Below are positions 47,057 to 57,309 of a stretch of DNA of 64,000 bases, in pieces. The notes below the pieces were generated by a model that saw nothing but the letters and a program-made list of their open reading frames with translations, was not told where the DNA came from and searched no databases. The stretch spans positions 114,634 to 178,633 of the forward strand of contig WSBC01000004.1 in NCBI GenBank assembly GCA_009758405.1. Direction: 5' to 3'. A program made the translations under genes and the position numbers. Numbering within the stretch: the first letter of the stretch is position 1; each line of letters starts with the position of its first letter. The DNA comes from Methanobacteriota archaeon (GTDB lineage Archaea > Thermoplasmatota > Thermoplasmata > Thermoplasmatales > ARK-15).

Positions 47057-47542
47057 ATGGGAATTTTTACAGTAGATATAGAAAAGCCCGATGAGGAGAT
47101 AAATGTAATAATAGGTCAGACACATTTTATAAAAAGTGCAGAGGACCTTTATGAGACCTTGGTAACATCCGTTCCTGGAGCAAAGTTCGGCTTGGCCTTT
47201 TGTGAGGCATCTGGAAAAAGGCTAATCAGATATGAGGGAAATGATGATATACTTATTAAATATGCCATAAAGAATGCTGAGAAGGTAGGGGCGGGTCACT
47301 TCTTTATAATTTTGTTAAAAAATTTATTTCCCATAAACGTTTTGAACGCAATAAAAAATGTTCAAGAGGTGCTTACTATTTATGCAGCCACTGCCAATCC
47401 ACTTAAGGTGATAATATATGAAGAGGGGGATATGAGGGGGGTATTAGGGGTAATTGATGGCTACAAACCACTAGGGGTTGAGAGTGATCAGGATAAAAAA
47501 GAAAGAAAAGAATTTTTAAGGAGGATAGGATACAAGCTATAA
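47057..47542 (+). CDS. Adenosine-specific kinase family protein (PAE2307/DUF355-like)
   Basis: 161 aa; IIGQTHFIKSAEDL...FGLAFCEASG..L..FPINVLNAIKN...GVIDG pattern recalled for PF04008. Confidence 0.55.
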   Translation: MGIFTVDIEKPDEEINVIIGQTHFIKSAEDLYETLVTSVPGAKFGLAFCEASGKRLIRYEGNDDILIKYAIKNAEKVGAGHFFIILLKNLFPINVLNAIKNVQEVLTIYAATANPLKVIIYEEGDMRGVLGVIDGYKPLGVESDQDKKERKEFLRRIGYKL

Positions 47543-47543
47543 A

Positions 47544-48278
47544 ATGCTAAGGAAATCAATATACGATATTGAGTGGAAATATTACGACCTTTTATATGGT
47601 GATCTAAGTGAAGATATTGATTTTTACAGAAGATTTGTAAAGGGAAAGTCCCTTCTTGAAATAATGTGCGGAACAGGAAGAATTATATCATCATTGAAAA
47701 ATTTGGAAGAAAGGTATGGTCTAGATATAGATGAGAGGATGCTTTCAATAATGAGATCCAAGGATAAAAAAATTGTAGCAATTAAGGCAGATGCAAGGGA
47801 ATTCTCAATTAAAAAGAAATTTGATAATATAATAATAGGCCTAAATTCAATTTTAATGTTTAATTCTGATGATAAAATAAAGTTACTTAAAAATGCTAAA
47901 AAGCATCTGAATAAGGATGGAAAGATATTTGTTGATGCGATAATGCCTCCAGATCTTGAAGAGGGTGTTGTTTATCTGGGGGATTACAAAATAAGAGGGG
48001 AAACAGAGATATATAGATACTTTGTTCCATATTTTTCTCCTGACATGAGGATTCTTCATCTCAGATATATTTATGATATATTTGAAATGGGTGAATACCG
48101 GAGGGAGACAGCAATGCTTTTGCTCTATCCTGAAAACTATCAGGAAATGAAAGAAATTGCAAATAAATCGGGCTTAAAAATAAAGAATGTTTATGGAGGA
48201 TATGATTGCAAAAGGTTTAATTCAAGTAAAAGTGAAAGGATGTTACTTGTACTTAAGAAGGTAGAGGAAGATGAATGA
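47544..48278 (+). CDS. Class I SAM-dependent methyltransferase
   Basis: 244 aa; motif I LLEIMCGTGRI. Confidence 0.7.
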   Translation: MLRKSIYDIEWKYYDLLYGDLSEDIDFYRRFVKGKSLLEIMCGTGRIISSLKNLEERYGLDIDERMLSIMRSKDKKIVAIKADAREFSIKKKFDNIIIGLNSILMFNSDDKIKLLKNAKKHLNKDGKIFVDAIMPPDLEEGVVYLGDYKIRGETEIYRYFVPYFSPDMRILHLRYIYDIFEMGEYRRETAMLLLYPENYQEMKEIANKSGLKIKNVYGGYDCKRFNSSKSERMLLVLKKVEEDE

Positions 48279-48672
48279 TGAAAAATTTCTTTCTTTACTT
48301 GATTCATTAATAGAGATAAATGAAAATACACCTGTAATAGTTGAGGGAATAAGGGATGAAAAGGCCCTTAGAAAAATAGGGCTTAAAGGAAAGATAATAA
48401 TTTTCAATAGGGGAAAGTCATTATATGATTTTTCTGAAATTATTTCGAATTTGTACAATGAAGTAATAATTCTTTTTGATAATGATAGAAGGGGAAGGTA
48501 TTTGACAAGATACGTTTCAAGGATTCTTGAATCCAAGGGAGTGAGGGTAAATCTTGAATATAGAGATTTCATATTTTCAATGCTTGAGATGAAGGGTATC
48601 GAAGAGATTTCTACATTCTATGAAGAGTCCATGGAAAGAAGGATAAATGGCAAAAGGAGGAGGATGCAATGA
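48271..48672 (+). CDS. Toprim-domain protein (UPF0292-like)
   Basis: 133 aa; [18 protein letters not shown]...[14 protein letters not shown]. Confidence 0.6.
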   Translation: MNDEKFLSLLDSLIEINENTPVIVEGIRDEKALRKIGLKGKIIIFNRGKSLYDFSEIISNLYNEVIILFDNDRRGRYLTRYVSRILESKGVRVNLEYRDFIFSMLEMKGIEEISTFYEESMERRINGKRRRMQ

Positions 48673-50279
48673 TAGTCCTTGGAATAGAAGGTACCGCGCA
48701 CACACTAGGCATAGGAATAATTGAAGATGAAAAAATACTTGCCAACATAATGGACATGTTTGTGCCTGAAGAAGGTGGAATACATCCTAGAGAGGCTGCT
48801 GTTCACCATTCTAATAAATTCATACCTTCATTGAAAAAGGCATTGTCAATTGCTAAAATAGATATGAAGGATATTGACCTGGTTGCATTCTCTAAGGGTC
48901 CCGGTCTAGGGCCATGTTTGAGAACTGTTGCTACAGCTGCAAGGGCAATCTCCTTAAAGATGAATATTCCAATAATTGGGGTTAATCATAGTATTGCCCA
49001 CCTCGAAATAGGAAGATTGACAGGTGGTGTGGAAGATCCTGTAATGACCTATGTGTCCGGTGGAAATACTCAGATAATATCATATTCAAATGGAAGGTAC
49101 AGGGTTTTTGGAGAGACTCTTGACATAGGTATTGGAAATCTTTTAGATAAGTTTGCAAGAGAGATAAACATACCATTTCCTGGAGGTCCAATGATAGAAA
49201 AATTGGCGAAAAATGGAAAAATATACTATGACCTTCCCTATTCAATAAAGGGTATGGATGTCTCATTCTCAGGGATATTGACCGCACTTAAATCATATCT
49301 GAGGCAAGGGGCCTCTCCAGAGGATCTCTCCTTCTCATTACAGGAAACAGTTTTTTCAATGATGACTGAGGTGACAGAAAGGGCCCTTGCGCATCTCCAT
49401 AAGGATGAGGTATTACTTACGGGTGGAGTTGCAAGGAATGGAAGGTTAAGGGAAATGATGAGAATCATGGCGGATGAAAGGGGTGCTATTCTTCATACAC
49501 CACCACCTGATCTTTGTGTGGATAATGGGGTAATGATTGCATATCTAGGAATGATAATGCACAGGGAGGGAATAAAAATGGATATTGAGGATACTTGGGT
49601 GGACCAGAAGTTCAGGGCAGACTCCATAGATGCCCCTTGGGTAAAGGAAAAGGTCCACTTTAAAAATTATCCTGAATTCCCCGGTGCAGAGGCGAGGATT
49701 ATTAAATCAAGGTATCTTGATATAGAGACAATAAGGAAGGAGAGGATAAGAAAGGCATACAGGATAAAGGAGATTGACGATTTTTTAAGGAGGGAAAGAA
49801 CAAAAAGGGAGGCAAGGATCTTGAATCTAATAAAAGCACTAGGTATAAATGCTCCATATGTATTAGATATTGACCTTAGAGAAGGGATTATGGAAATTTC
49901 ATTTATAGAGGGTAAAAACCTTAGGGAAATATTTGAAGAAATACCAGAAAATGAGAGGTATAGAATTGACGATGTAATAGGTTTATATATTGCAAAAATG
50001 CATAAAAAAGGAATTTCACATGGGGACATTACCACAAGCAACATAATGTATGATGGTATGAATGTTTACATAATAGATCCATCAATGGGGGATTTGAATT
50101 CAAAGGTGGAGGAGCTTGGAACAGATCTTCATCTATTGAAGGAATCCTTTCTCAGTGCACATTCAAATCTAATGGCGGATTTTGAAAGGATTATTCAAAG
50201 TTATCTTAAATATTATCCTGAGGGTATTGTAAACGTAGAAAGAATGAAGGAGATAGAGGGAAGGAGGAGATACTCATGA
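48669..50279 (+). CDS. kae1: Kae1-Bud32 fusion: tRNA t6A threonylcarbamoyltransferase + atypical kinase
   Basis: 536 aa; N-half [25 protein letters not shown]..; C-half RIO-like kinase ..[16 protein letters not shown]. Confidence 0.9.
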   Translation: MIVLGIEGTAHTLGIGIIEDEKILANIMDMFVPEEGGIHPREAAVHHSNKFIPSLKKALSIAKIDMKDIDLVAFSKGPGLGPCLRTVATAARAISLKMNIPIIGVNHSIAHLEIGRLTGGVEDPVMTYVSGGNTQIISYSNGRYRVFGETLDIGIGNLLDKFAREINIPFPGGPMIEKLAKNGKIYYDLPYSIKGMDVSFSGILTALKSYLRQGASPEDLSFSLQETVFSMMTEVTERALAHLHKDEVLLTGGVARNGRLREMMRIMADERGAILHTPPPDLCVDNGVMIAYLGMIMHREGIKMDIEDTWVDQKFRADSIDAPWVKEKVHFKNYPEFPGAEARIIKSRYLDIETIRKERIRKAYRIKEIDDFLRRERTKREARILNLIKALGINAPYVLDIDLREGIMEISFIEGKNLREIFEEIPENERYRIDDVIGLYIAKMHKKGISHGDITTSNIMYDGMNVYIIDPSMGDLNSKVEELGTDLHLLKESFLSAHSNLMADFERIIQSYLKYYPEGIVNVERMKEIEGRRRYS

Positions 50280-50836
50280 TACTTGTAACACATAATCAGC
50301 ATAAATTCCTTGAATATGAAGAGATATTTCTAAGATCTAAGATTGAATTAGAATGGTATAACTATGAGTATCCTGAGCTCCAATCCGATAATCTTAAAGA
50401 GATTGTTGAATTTTCACTTAAACACGTCAGCAGAATATTGAATAGACCATTTTTCCTGGAGGATACCGGTCTTTTCATAGATTCTCTTGGAGGATTCCCA
50501 GGTCCCTATTCCTCCTACGTTCAGGAGAAGATTGGAAATATGGGCATTTTAAGACTTTTGGAGGGGATTTCAAATAGAAATGCAAGGTTTATTTCTTTAA
50601 TAGGCTATTTTGATGGTAAAAATTTTTACTATTTTGATGGCACACTTGAGGGTAGTATTTCATATTCGATAAGGGGTAAAAATGGTTTTGGCTATGATCC
50701 AATATTTATACCTGAAAAATATGATAAAACACTTGCTGAAATGAGTATTCAGGAAAAAAATTCAATCTCGCACAGAAGGAGGGCACTTGACAAGCTTCTT
50801 GGGTATATTAAAAATTCAATGGAAAGTATAAAATAG
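50276..50836 (+). CDS. Non-canonical purine NTP pyrophosphatase (HAM1/RdgB)
   Basis: 186 aa; [30 protein letters not shown]. Confidence 0.85.
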   Translation: MILVTHNQHKFLEYEEIFLRSKIELEWYNYEYPELQSDNLKEIVEFSLKHVSRILNRPFFLEDTGLFIDSLGGFPGPYSSYVQEKIGNMGILRLLEGISNRNARFISLIGYFDGKNFYYFDGTLEGSISYSIRGKNGFGYDPIFIPEKYDKTLAEMSIQEKNSISHRRRALDKLLGYIKNSMESIK

Positions 50837-50855
50837 TGCGGAGCAATGAAGTGTG

Positions 50856-51233
50856 ATGATGAACTGGAGGATTTGGAGGGAATATATAATCTATCTTTCC
50901 TTTATACTAATGGTATTAGGATTTATTCTTTTGGCCTTTTCCACCCTAGGAATTTTTTCTTCCTCACCCCCTTCATATGTAAAGGATTTTCATAATTATA
51001 TAGGTGATTGGATATACTGGATATTTGTCTTATCAATAGCACTTTTCTTAATAGGCCTATATTATTTTTATGACACCTTGAAAAAATTAAAAAAATTTAA
51101 GGAATATATAAACTCAGACAGTAAATCAAAATTTTTAAAAAATCTTAAGGAGTTGGAGATTATTTCTTATAAGCTTGGACCCAAACATGAGGAAATGCTT
51201 GAAGAGAAAAAAAGGGAATGGAAGATACACTAA
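50856..51233 (+). CDS. Hypothetical membrane protein (2 TM + charged C-tail)
   Basis: ~125 aa; two hydrophobic segments, then a K/E-rich helix. Confidence 0.4.
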   Translation: MMNWRIWREYIIYLSFILMVLGFILLAFSTLGIFSSSPPSYVKDFHNYIGDWIYWIFVLSIALFLIGLYYFYDTLKKLKKFKEYINSDSKSKFLKNLKELEIISYKLGPKHEEMLEEKKREWKIH

Positions 51234-52042
51234 TCCTTGAGCATGTCAATAACAAATTGGGGTATTACATTACAATCGTGCATTTTTTCATTGTAGTATG
51301 ATGTTTTAATATCTATTTCTCTTCTTCTTTTAATCTCAGCGTCCGATGCGAAGGTGAAGCTCCAGATTGAGGAGGGGTAGGTAGGGACCGTTGCAACATA
51401 TACATACACATACTTGAAAACCCTTTTCATATTGAAATATGCATTCTTAATATGTTCAGGAAATAAAAAGGGAGAGCCTGTCTGTGACCCAACAATACCT
51501 CCATTTTTAAGGGCCATCTTTACATTCCTGTAAAATTCTTCAGTGAATAGTGCCCTTGCCGGTCCCACCGGGTCAGTTGAATCAATTAATATTACATCAA
51601 ATTTTTCCTTAGTTTTAGATATGAACTCAGCCCCATCTCCAATAAGAAGATCCATCCTTTTATCTGAAAAGGATGAACTTAAAGAGGGCAAATACCTCTT
51701 TGATAATTCCACTACCATTTCATCTATTTCAACAAGTTTTAATTTCTTTATATTATGTTTAAGGCATTCCCTGGCAAGGCCTCCATCTCCACCACCTATT
51801 ATAAGTACCTCTTCAGGCTTACTTATAGAAAAAAGTGGAATATGAGCAAGCATCTCATGATAAATATATTCATCCCTTTCTGTAAGTTGAAATGTTCCAT
51901 CTAGGAAAAGTATTTTCCCATAGGTGGGATTCTCAATTATATCTATTTTTTGATATTTTGATTTTCCTGAAAAAAGGACACTTGATGCCTTCACCATTAA
52001 CCTTACATCATTTGTTTGATTCTCACCAAACCAGATTTTCAT
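51230..52042 (-). CDS. speE: Spermidine synthase (polyamine aminopropyltransferase)
   Basis: 270 aa; LIIGGGDGGLAREC, LIDSTDPVGPA. Confidence 0.88.
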   Translation of the reverse strand: MKIWFGENQTNDVRLMVKASSVLFSGKSKYQKIDIIENPTYGKILFLDGTFQLTERDEYIYHEMLAHIPLFSISKPEEVLIIGGGDGGLARECLKHNIKKLKLVEIDEMVVELSKRYLPSLSSSFSDKRMDLLIGDGAEFISKTKEKFDVILIDSTDPVGPARALFTEEFYRNVKMALKNGGIVGSQTGSPFLFPEHIKNAYFNMKRVFKYVYVYVATVPTYPSSIWSFTFASDAEIKRRREIDIKTSYYNEKMHDCNVIPQFVIDMLKD

Positions 52043-52081
52043 AGGCGATTATATGATTCAAATATTAAAAACTTATATCAA

Positions 52082-52154
52082 TGCCGTGGGCCGGGATTGA
52101 ACCGGCGGCCTCCAGATCTTCAGTCTGGCGCTCTCCCAGCTGAGCTACCACGGC
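52082..52154 (-). tRNA. tRNA-Phe (GAA)
   Basis: GCCGUGGUAGCUCAGCUGGGAGAGCGCCAGACUGAAGAUCUGGAGGCCGCCGGUUCAAUCCCGGCCCACGGCA folds as a cloverleaf with anticodon loop CU-GAA-GA; no encoded CCA; GC-rich island in an AT-rich spacer. Confidence 0.95.
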
Positions 52155-52328
52155 TAATGGGTAATGATTTTCTTAATAAATAAAACTTTTGATAATAATT
52201 TTTTTAATTAATAATCATTGAAAAGTATCTGAAGTAAATATCTTTGAAATTTAAGTAATATAAAAAATGAAACAATGCATTACAAAGTCTTGAATAATAA
52301 TTCTTGTAAATTTTTAAAAAATATGAAT

Positions 52329-52709
52329 TTACTTGATGAAAAATATAGTTAGACCATCTATATCATCAAGAATAACCTTTATATCTGGATTCTCCAGGTC
52401 AACAATTTTACCCATCTTCTCCTTTATCATTTTTCCAACAATTCTATTATCCTCCATGGAATTATTCCTTTTTGACCTTACTGCAAATGATTTAAATTCA
52501 TAATCCTTCAATAATTCAGGTATTTCTTCAATTTTACTTATAACATATGCAATATTTCCTCCCTCAATCTCCCCATTATAAAATAAAAGTAGCTTGTTAC
52601 CAGATATCCTATAAATAAATTCGCCTTCACCCTTTAGAAACTTTCTTTTTAATGATTCTAGAAAATTTTTCAATTCGTTTCTGTTTTTAAAATAAAAAAC
52701 CTTTATCAT
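52329..52709 (-). CDS. Stand-alone THUMP-domain protein
   Basis: 126 aa; ..FAVRSKRNNSMEDNRIVGKMIKEKMGKIVDLENPDIKVILD.. (THUMP-like pattern); ATGA overlap with the upstream gene. Confidence 0.55.
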   Translation of the reverse strand: MIKVFYFKNRNELKNFLESLKRKFLKGEGEFIYRISGNKLLLFYNGEIEGGNIAYVISKIEEIPELLKDYEFKSFAVRSKRNNSMEDNRIVGKMIKEKMGKIVDLENPDIKVILDDIDGLTIFFIK

Positions 52710-54775
52710 CTTATATGACCGAGGGTAAATGATCCCATTATAATTCCACTCTTTGAAGGTGATATTTCAATCCATGACCTGCTCTGTACCTCTGTAATAC
52801 CATTTACCTGCAGATATATTTTGTTCATCTCTGTCTTAAATTCAATGGTTCCATCCATAAGGTGAGATACTAGTTGTATTGTATTTTCCTCATGTAATCC
52901 CTTTTCAAGGAGATATAGTGACACTGCCCTATCCTTTTTCCTCCTAGTTGTAAATGGTTGCAAGAACCTTACAACTGTTGGCGCATCAAGGAACGTGAGT
53001 ATGGTTGATAATGAAAAGAACGCAAGCCTGTAATATTTGTAGTTCTCCCTAATTTTGGATGATATATCCTCAACTGCATTTACAATGCCATTTATATCAG
53101 TTTGAGAATCTATGCAAATTACACCCTTTCTTTCACATTTCTCCCCTATTGTTTTTGAGTATGCATCAATGTAGTTCACTAGACCATTATCAACATATGT
53201 ACTCCATGTGGGTAGTACATATTTAATATCCTCCTCGAAAATTTCAATGGTTTTATCAACAAGTATTACTATCACGGGTATTCCCTTTTTTACACCCTCA
53301 GCAAGGAATGAATATATGAGTACTTCCTTTCCAGTATATGCCGGTCCATATACAATAATATTTGAACCCAATGGAAATCCACCATAAAGAAGATCATCAA
53401 GCCTTCTTGTTCCAGTCCTTACCTTTTCTTCCTTTATCTCTGTCAATATCTCCTCTTGGGCCATTGAAATCTCTTTTTCTATTAAACCCTTAGTTTTTGC
53501 CTCTATCTCCTTTTCCTTCTCCCTTAGATATTTCTCCTTCTCACGTAACTGCTCCTCTTTTCTTTTTATCAATTCCTCGAGATCCTCTATTTTATGCTCT
53601 TTTTCGAGTTTTTTCAATTCCTCTATTTCTATTTTCTGGGACTCAATTTCACGCATCATCTGTTCAATCTTTTTCTCCCTGAACTGTAGATCCTGCTCCC
53701 TCCTTGAAAATTCCTCCTCTTTAAATTTTATCTTTTCCTTTAAATCATTTATTTCCTTTTCCATTATTTCCATCTGTGTTTTCAAATTCTGATTTTCCAT
53801 CTTTAATTTTTCAATATTTGAGATATCCTCTGATTTTTGCAACAGTTCAGTATTACCTGATGCCAGGGCCTTAATTAGATTATTTAATCTTTCTATCTCT
53901 GATTTTAGTAGCCTATTCTCTTCCTCTAAAAATTTAATATCTGTAGTATCATATGATTCTTTCTTAGGAATTTCAAATTTTTCCCTTTCAGCAAGTTCCT
54001 TCATCTGCTTTTCAATAAGCAGTTCCTGTTCCTTAAGCTTCAACTCCCTTTCAGCAAGTTCCCTCACATCTGGATTTTGCGAAGAGACCCAGTCATCCCA
54101 AAGTTCCTTTTGAACCTGAATTCTGTTTTGCAAATTCTCAATTTCTATCTTAAGATCATTATTTTCCATGGCAATAGATAATATTTTTTCCTTGACTTCC
54201 TTTATATCATTAGCATTAACTATTTCTCTTATTTCATTTATTAATCTTTCATATTTTTCTTTTTCAAACCTTAATTCATAAATCTTGTTTTCAAGCTCAT
54301 TTATTCTATCTGAATAATCCAAAAGGACTGAAATCACATCTTTCTTATTTTTTAGATCATTTAGAAAATTTAATTTGTTCAAAATATTTTTGAATGTTAA
54401 TTTTACATTTTCTTTAAGCTGTCTTAAATCCTCCAGGGTCCTTTTCAGTTCATCACTTTTTTCGTCCAGTTCCCTCTTTTTTTCAAGTAGTTCCTCCTTC
54501 AATCTTATAATCTGCTCATCCTCAAGAGATACAGCCTTGTTTTCAATATCCTCTATCTTTTTACTCTCTCCTTTCAACCACTTTTCTATGTTATCCAGTT
54601 CATTTGAAACGCTTTCATATTTACTTTCAATTGTATTTTCCGTTAGGCTGGAAAGAATAAAATCTGTTAATAAATTATTATACTCCTCTTTTGTATATTT
54701 TTTACCACATTTTTTACATACGAGGGTAACTTCATCGATTTCTCCACCACATTGTGTGCATTTTACCATATTCAC
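52706..54775 (-). CDS. Zn-ribbon / ~400-aa coiled-coil / KaiC-RecA-like domain protein (Walker motifs apparently degenerate)
   Basis: 689 aa; N-term CTQCGG..x..CKKCG; heptad-rich K/E/L segment ~60-460; C-domain GTRRLDDLLYGGFPLGSNIIVYGPAYTGKEVL (GK-E instead of GK-[ST]); expected Walker B position reads LAFFSLS. Confidence 0.6.
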   Translation of the reverse strand: MNMVKCTQCGGEIDEVTLVCKKCGKKYTKEEYNNLLTDFILSSLTENTIESKYESVSNELDNIEKWLKGESKKIEDIENKAVSLEDEQIIRLKEELLEKKRELDEKSDELKRTLEDLRQLKENVKLTFKNILNKLNFLNDLKNKKDVISVLLDYSDRINELENKIYELRFEKEKYERLINEIREIVNANDIKEVKEKILSIAMENNDLKIEIENLQNRIQVQKELWDDWVSSQNPDVRELAERELKLKEQELLIEKQMKELAEREKFEIPKKESYDTTDIKFLEEENRLLKSEIERLNNLIKALASGNTELLQKSEDISNIEKLKMENQNLKTQMEIMEKEINDLKEKIKFKEEEFSRREQDLQFREKKIEQMMREIESQKIEIEELKKLEKEHKIEDLEELIKRKEEQLREKEKYLREKEKEIEAKTKGLIEKEISMAQEEILTEIKEEKVRTGTRRLDDLLYGGFPLGSNIIVYGPAYTGKEVLIYSFLAEGVKKGIPVIVILVDKTIEIFEEDIKYVLPTWSTYVDNGLVNYIDAYSKTIGEKCERKGVICIDSQTDINGIVNAVEDISSKIRENYKYYRLAFFSLSTILTFLDAPTVVRFLQPFTTRRKKDRAVSLYLLEKGLHEENTIQLVSHLMDGTIEFKTEMNKIYLQVNGITEVQSRSWIEISPSKSGIIMGSFTLGHIR

Positions 54776-54987
54776 TTTGAAGCTATCCTTAAAATATTAT
54801 TTCCCCTAACTATCACCACACCAAGTTTTCTTACAGAGTCATTCATCTTTTCTTCAGTATCATCAATTATTAGATTCATATACTCATCAAAGCCTATTAA
54901 TGTACCTTCAAGGATCCTGTTATCCTTCATAAGCATAGATATTCTTTTATTCATAAACTCTTCAATTACTTTAATTGGCATTGTCAT
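54772..54987 (-). CDS. Sm-like archaeal protein (SmAP/LSm)
   Basis: 71 aa; ..ISMLMKDNRILEGTLIGFDEYMNLIIDDTEE...LGVVIVRGNNI. Confidence 0.88.
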   Translation of the reverse strand: MTMPIKVIEEFMNKRISMLMKDNRILEGTLIGFDEYMNLIIDDTEEKMNDSVRKLGVVIVRGNNILRIASK

Positions 54988-54996
54988 TGAATCACC

Positions 54997-55155
54997 TCAG
55001 TTGTTTGGAAATGGCCCCTTCTCGTCAAGTTCATCTTCATCATCATTAAAGACAACCTGAACGAGTTCACGCATAAGTGATTTTAGCTCATCCATTTCCT
55101 TTCTTAGCCTTTTTATCTCGTTATTTAGCCTTTCTATTTCATTTTCTTTTTTCAT
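54997..55155 (-). CDS. Small coiled-coil ORF (52 aa), below track cutoff
   Basis: MKKENEIERLNNEIKRLRKEMDELKSLMRELVQVVFNDDEDELDEKGPFPNN; fills the gap between csl4 and the Sm gene on the same strand. Confidence 0.35.
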   Translation of the reverse strand: MKKENEIERLNNEIKRLRKEMDELKSLMRELVQVVFNDDEDELDEKGPFPNN

Positions 55156-55169
55156 AAATTTTCCTCTAA

Positions 55170-55745
55170 TTATGGTTTATTTTTTACCTTTATTTTAATG
55201 TTTCCGTAATCGTTTGCAATTTTCCTTGTTTCTTTTCTGCCACAACGCTCACAGTAAAGAAAATTGTCCTGTCTTATTAAGGGATGCCTACATTTCATAC
55301 ATAATGCCTTAACCACACCCAGATTAGGTTCAGCGGTAGAGAGCTGAACTGATGGCTTTGATTTTATTACCCTCGCCCTTACAATATCACCTATTCTAAA
55401 CATCTTTCCAATTTCATCAACATATTTTTCAGATATCTTGGAAATATGTATGATGCCATCCTGCCTTCCACCAACTATTTCCCTATCAATGCCCTCTATG
55501 CCAACAATGGTAACTAGTGCAAAATCATTGTAAAGTTCTTGAACAACACCATAAACTACCTCTCCTATCCTTAGGTATGGAATTTCCTGTAAAGGTTTTA
55601 CATTTATCATCATATGTTTTTGATTAATTTCAATCCTACCCAAGATATTGGAGAATATTTTTCCATTAATCTCATACACATTATGTCCAGGCACGTATTC
55701 CTCTATAGTTCCAAGATATTCTCCAGGCAATACTATTCTATCCAT
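55170..55745 (-). CDS. csl4: Exosome complex RNA-binding subunit Csl4
   Basis: 191 aa; N-domain PGEYLGTIEEYVPG, S1 domain GDIVRARV, C-terminal Zn ribbon CMKCRHPL..CERCG. Confidence 0.85.
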   Translation of the reverse strand: MDRIVLPGEYLGTIEEYVPGHNVYEINGKIFSNILGRIEINQKHMMINVKPLQEIPYLRIGEVVYGVVQELYNDFALVTIVGIEGIDREIVGGRQDGIIHISKISEKYVDEIGKMFRIGDIVRARVIKSKPSVQLSTAEPNLGVVKALCMKCRHPLIRQDNFLYCERCGRKETRKIANDYGNIKIKVKNKP

Positions 55746-56331
55746 CTTTTTTCACCCTTATCCTTATTAGCTTTACATCTATTTTTTTATATTCCCTGCT
55801 ATGAAACTTAAACCCATAAGGTATATTTAATTTATAATCTTTTTCAAAATCAATTTCACCCCTTTTATACAATAATTTTTTAAGATAATCAATAGCATCA
55901 CTATGGTGTAAAGTATAAATAACATCTGCTATTTCCAGTGCCTTTATAATAAAGATTCTATCTGCCCCAGGTAGCTGATATCCAAAAGGTGGATTCATTA
56001 AAACAGTATTTACCTTAATATTAAAATTTCTCACATCACCAAGGTGCATTTTAATACCCATTCCTCTACAGTTATTTTCAGCAATCTTAAGTGCATCTTC
56101 ATCAATTTCTATACAGTGTATCTCCCTAGCCCCCATATAATATGCTGCCACTGCAAAGGCACCATTACCACAACCAAGATCTGCAACTACCTTCCCATTA
56201 ATATCATTCATTGCAATAAATGCTATATCGGCAACAATATCTGGGGGTGTCTCATACTGCTCAAAAAGTACCTTTTTAACCTTTAGTTTCTCAAGTGATC
56301 CAATTATTTTTTCAAGTTCTTTTTTGTTCAT
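55738..56331 (-). CDS. METTL5-like RNA methyltransferase (COG2263)
   Basis: 197 aa; LEQYETPPDI, VADLGCGNGAF, MNPPFG; typical neighbour of csl4. Confidence 0.8.
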   Translation of the reverse strand: MNKKELEKIIGSLEKLKVKKVLFEQYETPPDIVADIAFIAMNDINGKVVADLGCGNGAFAVAAYYMGAREIHCIEIDEDALKIAENNCRGMGIKMHLGDVRNFNIKVNTVLMNPPFGYQLPGADRIFIIKALEIADVIYTLHHSDAIDYLKKLLYKRGEIDFEKDYKLNIPYGFKFHSREYKKIDVKLIRIRVKKDG

Positions 56332-56332
56332 T

Positions 56333-56734
56333 TCATTCCCTTAGAATGCTTCCATCAAAAATTTTTATTATTCTTTTTGCGATTGATTTTGAATCCTTAA
56401 GTGATATGCCCTTACTAACAAGGATGTTTACTATATTTTTATATGCCCTTTGCCACTTCCATGTACTTCTTACATAATAGGTTTTAATCAAAACCTCAAG
56501 GATATCTTTGCTTATTTCTATGTTATAATTTTCCTTAAGCCTTTCCTTCCAAATCTTATAAATAAAATTGGGTATTACCACTGGTTCTATATAAGTCTCT
56601 TCCAATGATTCATTCACAAAACATTTATTTTTTGCATTTATAAAAATTTTACTTAATTGTAAAAATTTTATATTATTAATTTTATTTATTCTAAAAGAAT
56701 TTGAATTTGGAAAATTTTTAATATCATCGTACAA
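56333..56734 (-). CDS. Hypothetical protein (up to 133 aa; N-terminus uncertain)
   Basis: The stop abuts the METTL5-like start. The first ~40 codons are extremely AT-rich and lie 20 bp from the divergent OFOR start; no internal Met. Confidence 0.4.
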   Translation of the reverse strand: MYDDIKNFPNSNSFRINKINNIKFLQLSKIFINAKNKCFVNESLEETYIEPVVIPNFIYKIWKERLKENYNIEISKDILEVLIKTYYVRSTWKWQRAYKNIVNILVSKGISLKDSKSIAKRIIKIFDGSILRE

Positions 56735-56754
56735 TTAGGAATCGGTGCTAATGA

Positions 56755-57309
56755 ATGCTTGAGATAAGATTTCACGGAAGAGGAGGACAGGGTGCAGTTA
56801 TTGCGTCGGAAATTCTCGCCACTGCAGCCTTCATGGAAGGAAAATATGTATCATCATTCCCATATTTCGGTGTTGAAAGAAGGGGAGCGCCTGTAACAGC
56901 ATTTACTAGAATCGACTCAAGACCAATCAGGGTTAAAACTCAGATATACAGCCCGGACCACGTTATAGTGCTGGATCATTCCCTTGTTAATGCTGTAAAC
57001 GTCATAGCAGGAATGAAAAGGGATGGCTTAATCCTAATAAACACGGTCAAAAATCCTGAGGATTTCCTTTTTGATATAAAAACAGTTGCAACTGTAAATG
57101 CATCAGAGATTGCACTTAAACATAGCCTTGGATCACATTCTGCGCCAATAGTAAATACCTCAATACTTGGGGCATATGCAGCTGCAAGTGGTGTTGTTTC
57201 CCTAGAGTCTGTAAAAAAGGCAATAGGTGAGGTTGTTTCAAGAATGGTTGATGAAAATATTGCCTCCGCGGAGGAGGCATACAAGAGTGTGAAGGTGATG
57301 AAAAGATGA
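56755..57309 (+). CDS. 2-oxoacid:ferredoxin oxidoreductase (POR/VOR family), gamma subunit (cluster 2)
   Basis: 184 aa; [27 protein letters not shown]; paralog of 11358..11909. Confidence 0.8.
   Translation: MLEIRFHGRGGQGAVIASEILATAAFMEGKYVSSFPYFGVERRGAPVTAFTRIDSRPIRVKTQIYSPDHVIVLDHSLVNAVNVIAGMKRDGLILINTVKNPEDFLFDIKTVATVNASEIALKHSLGSHSAPIVNTSILGAYAAASGVVSLESVKKAIGEVVSRMVDENIASAEEAYKSVKVMKR

Noticed and set aside
48271-50836. The Toprim / Kae1-Bud32 fusion / HAM1 coupling as a novel system.
   Set aside because: The Kae1-Bud32 fusion is well known in several euryarchaea such as Methanocaldococcus. The neighbours are common housekeeping genes, and nothing in the sequence is unusual beyond tight packing.
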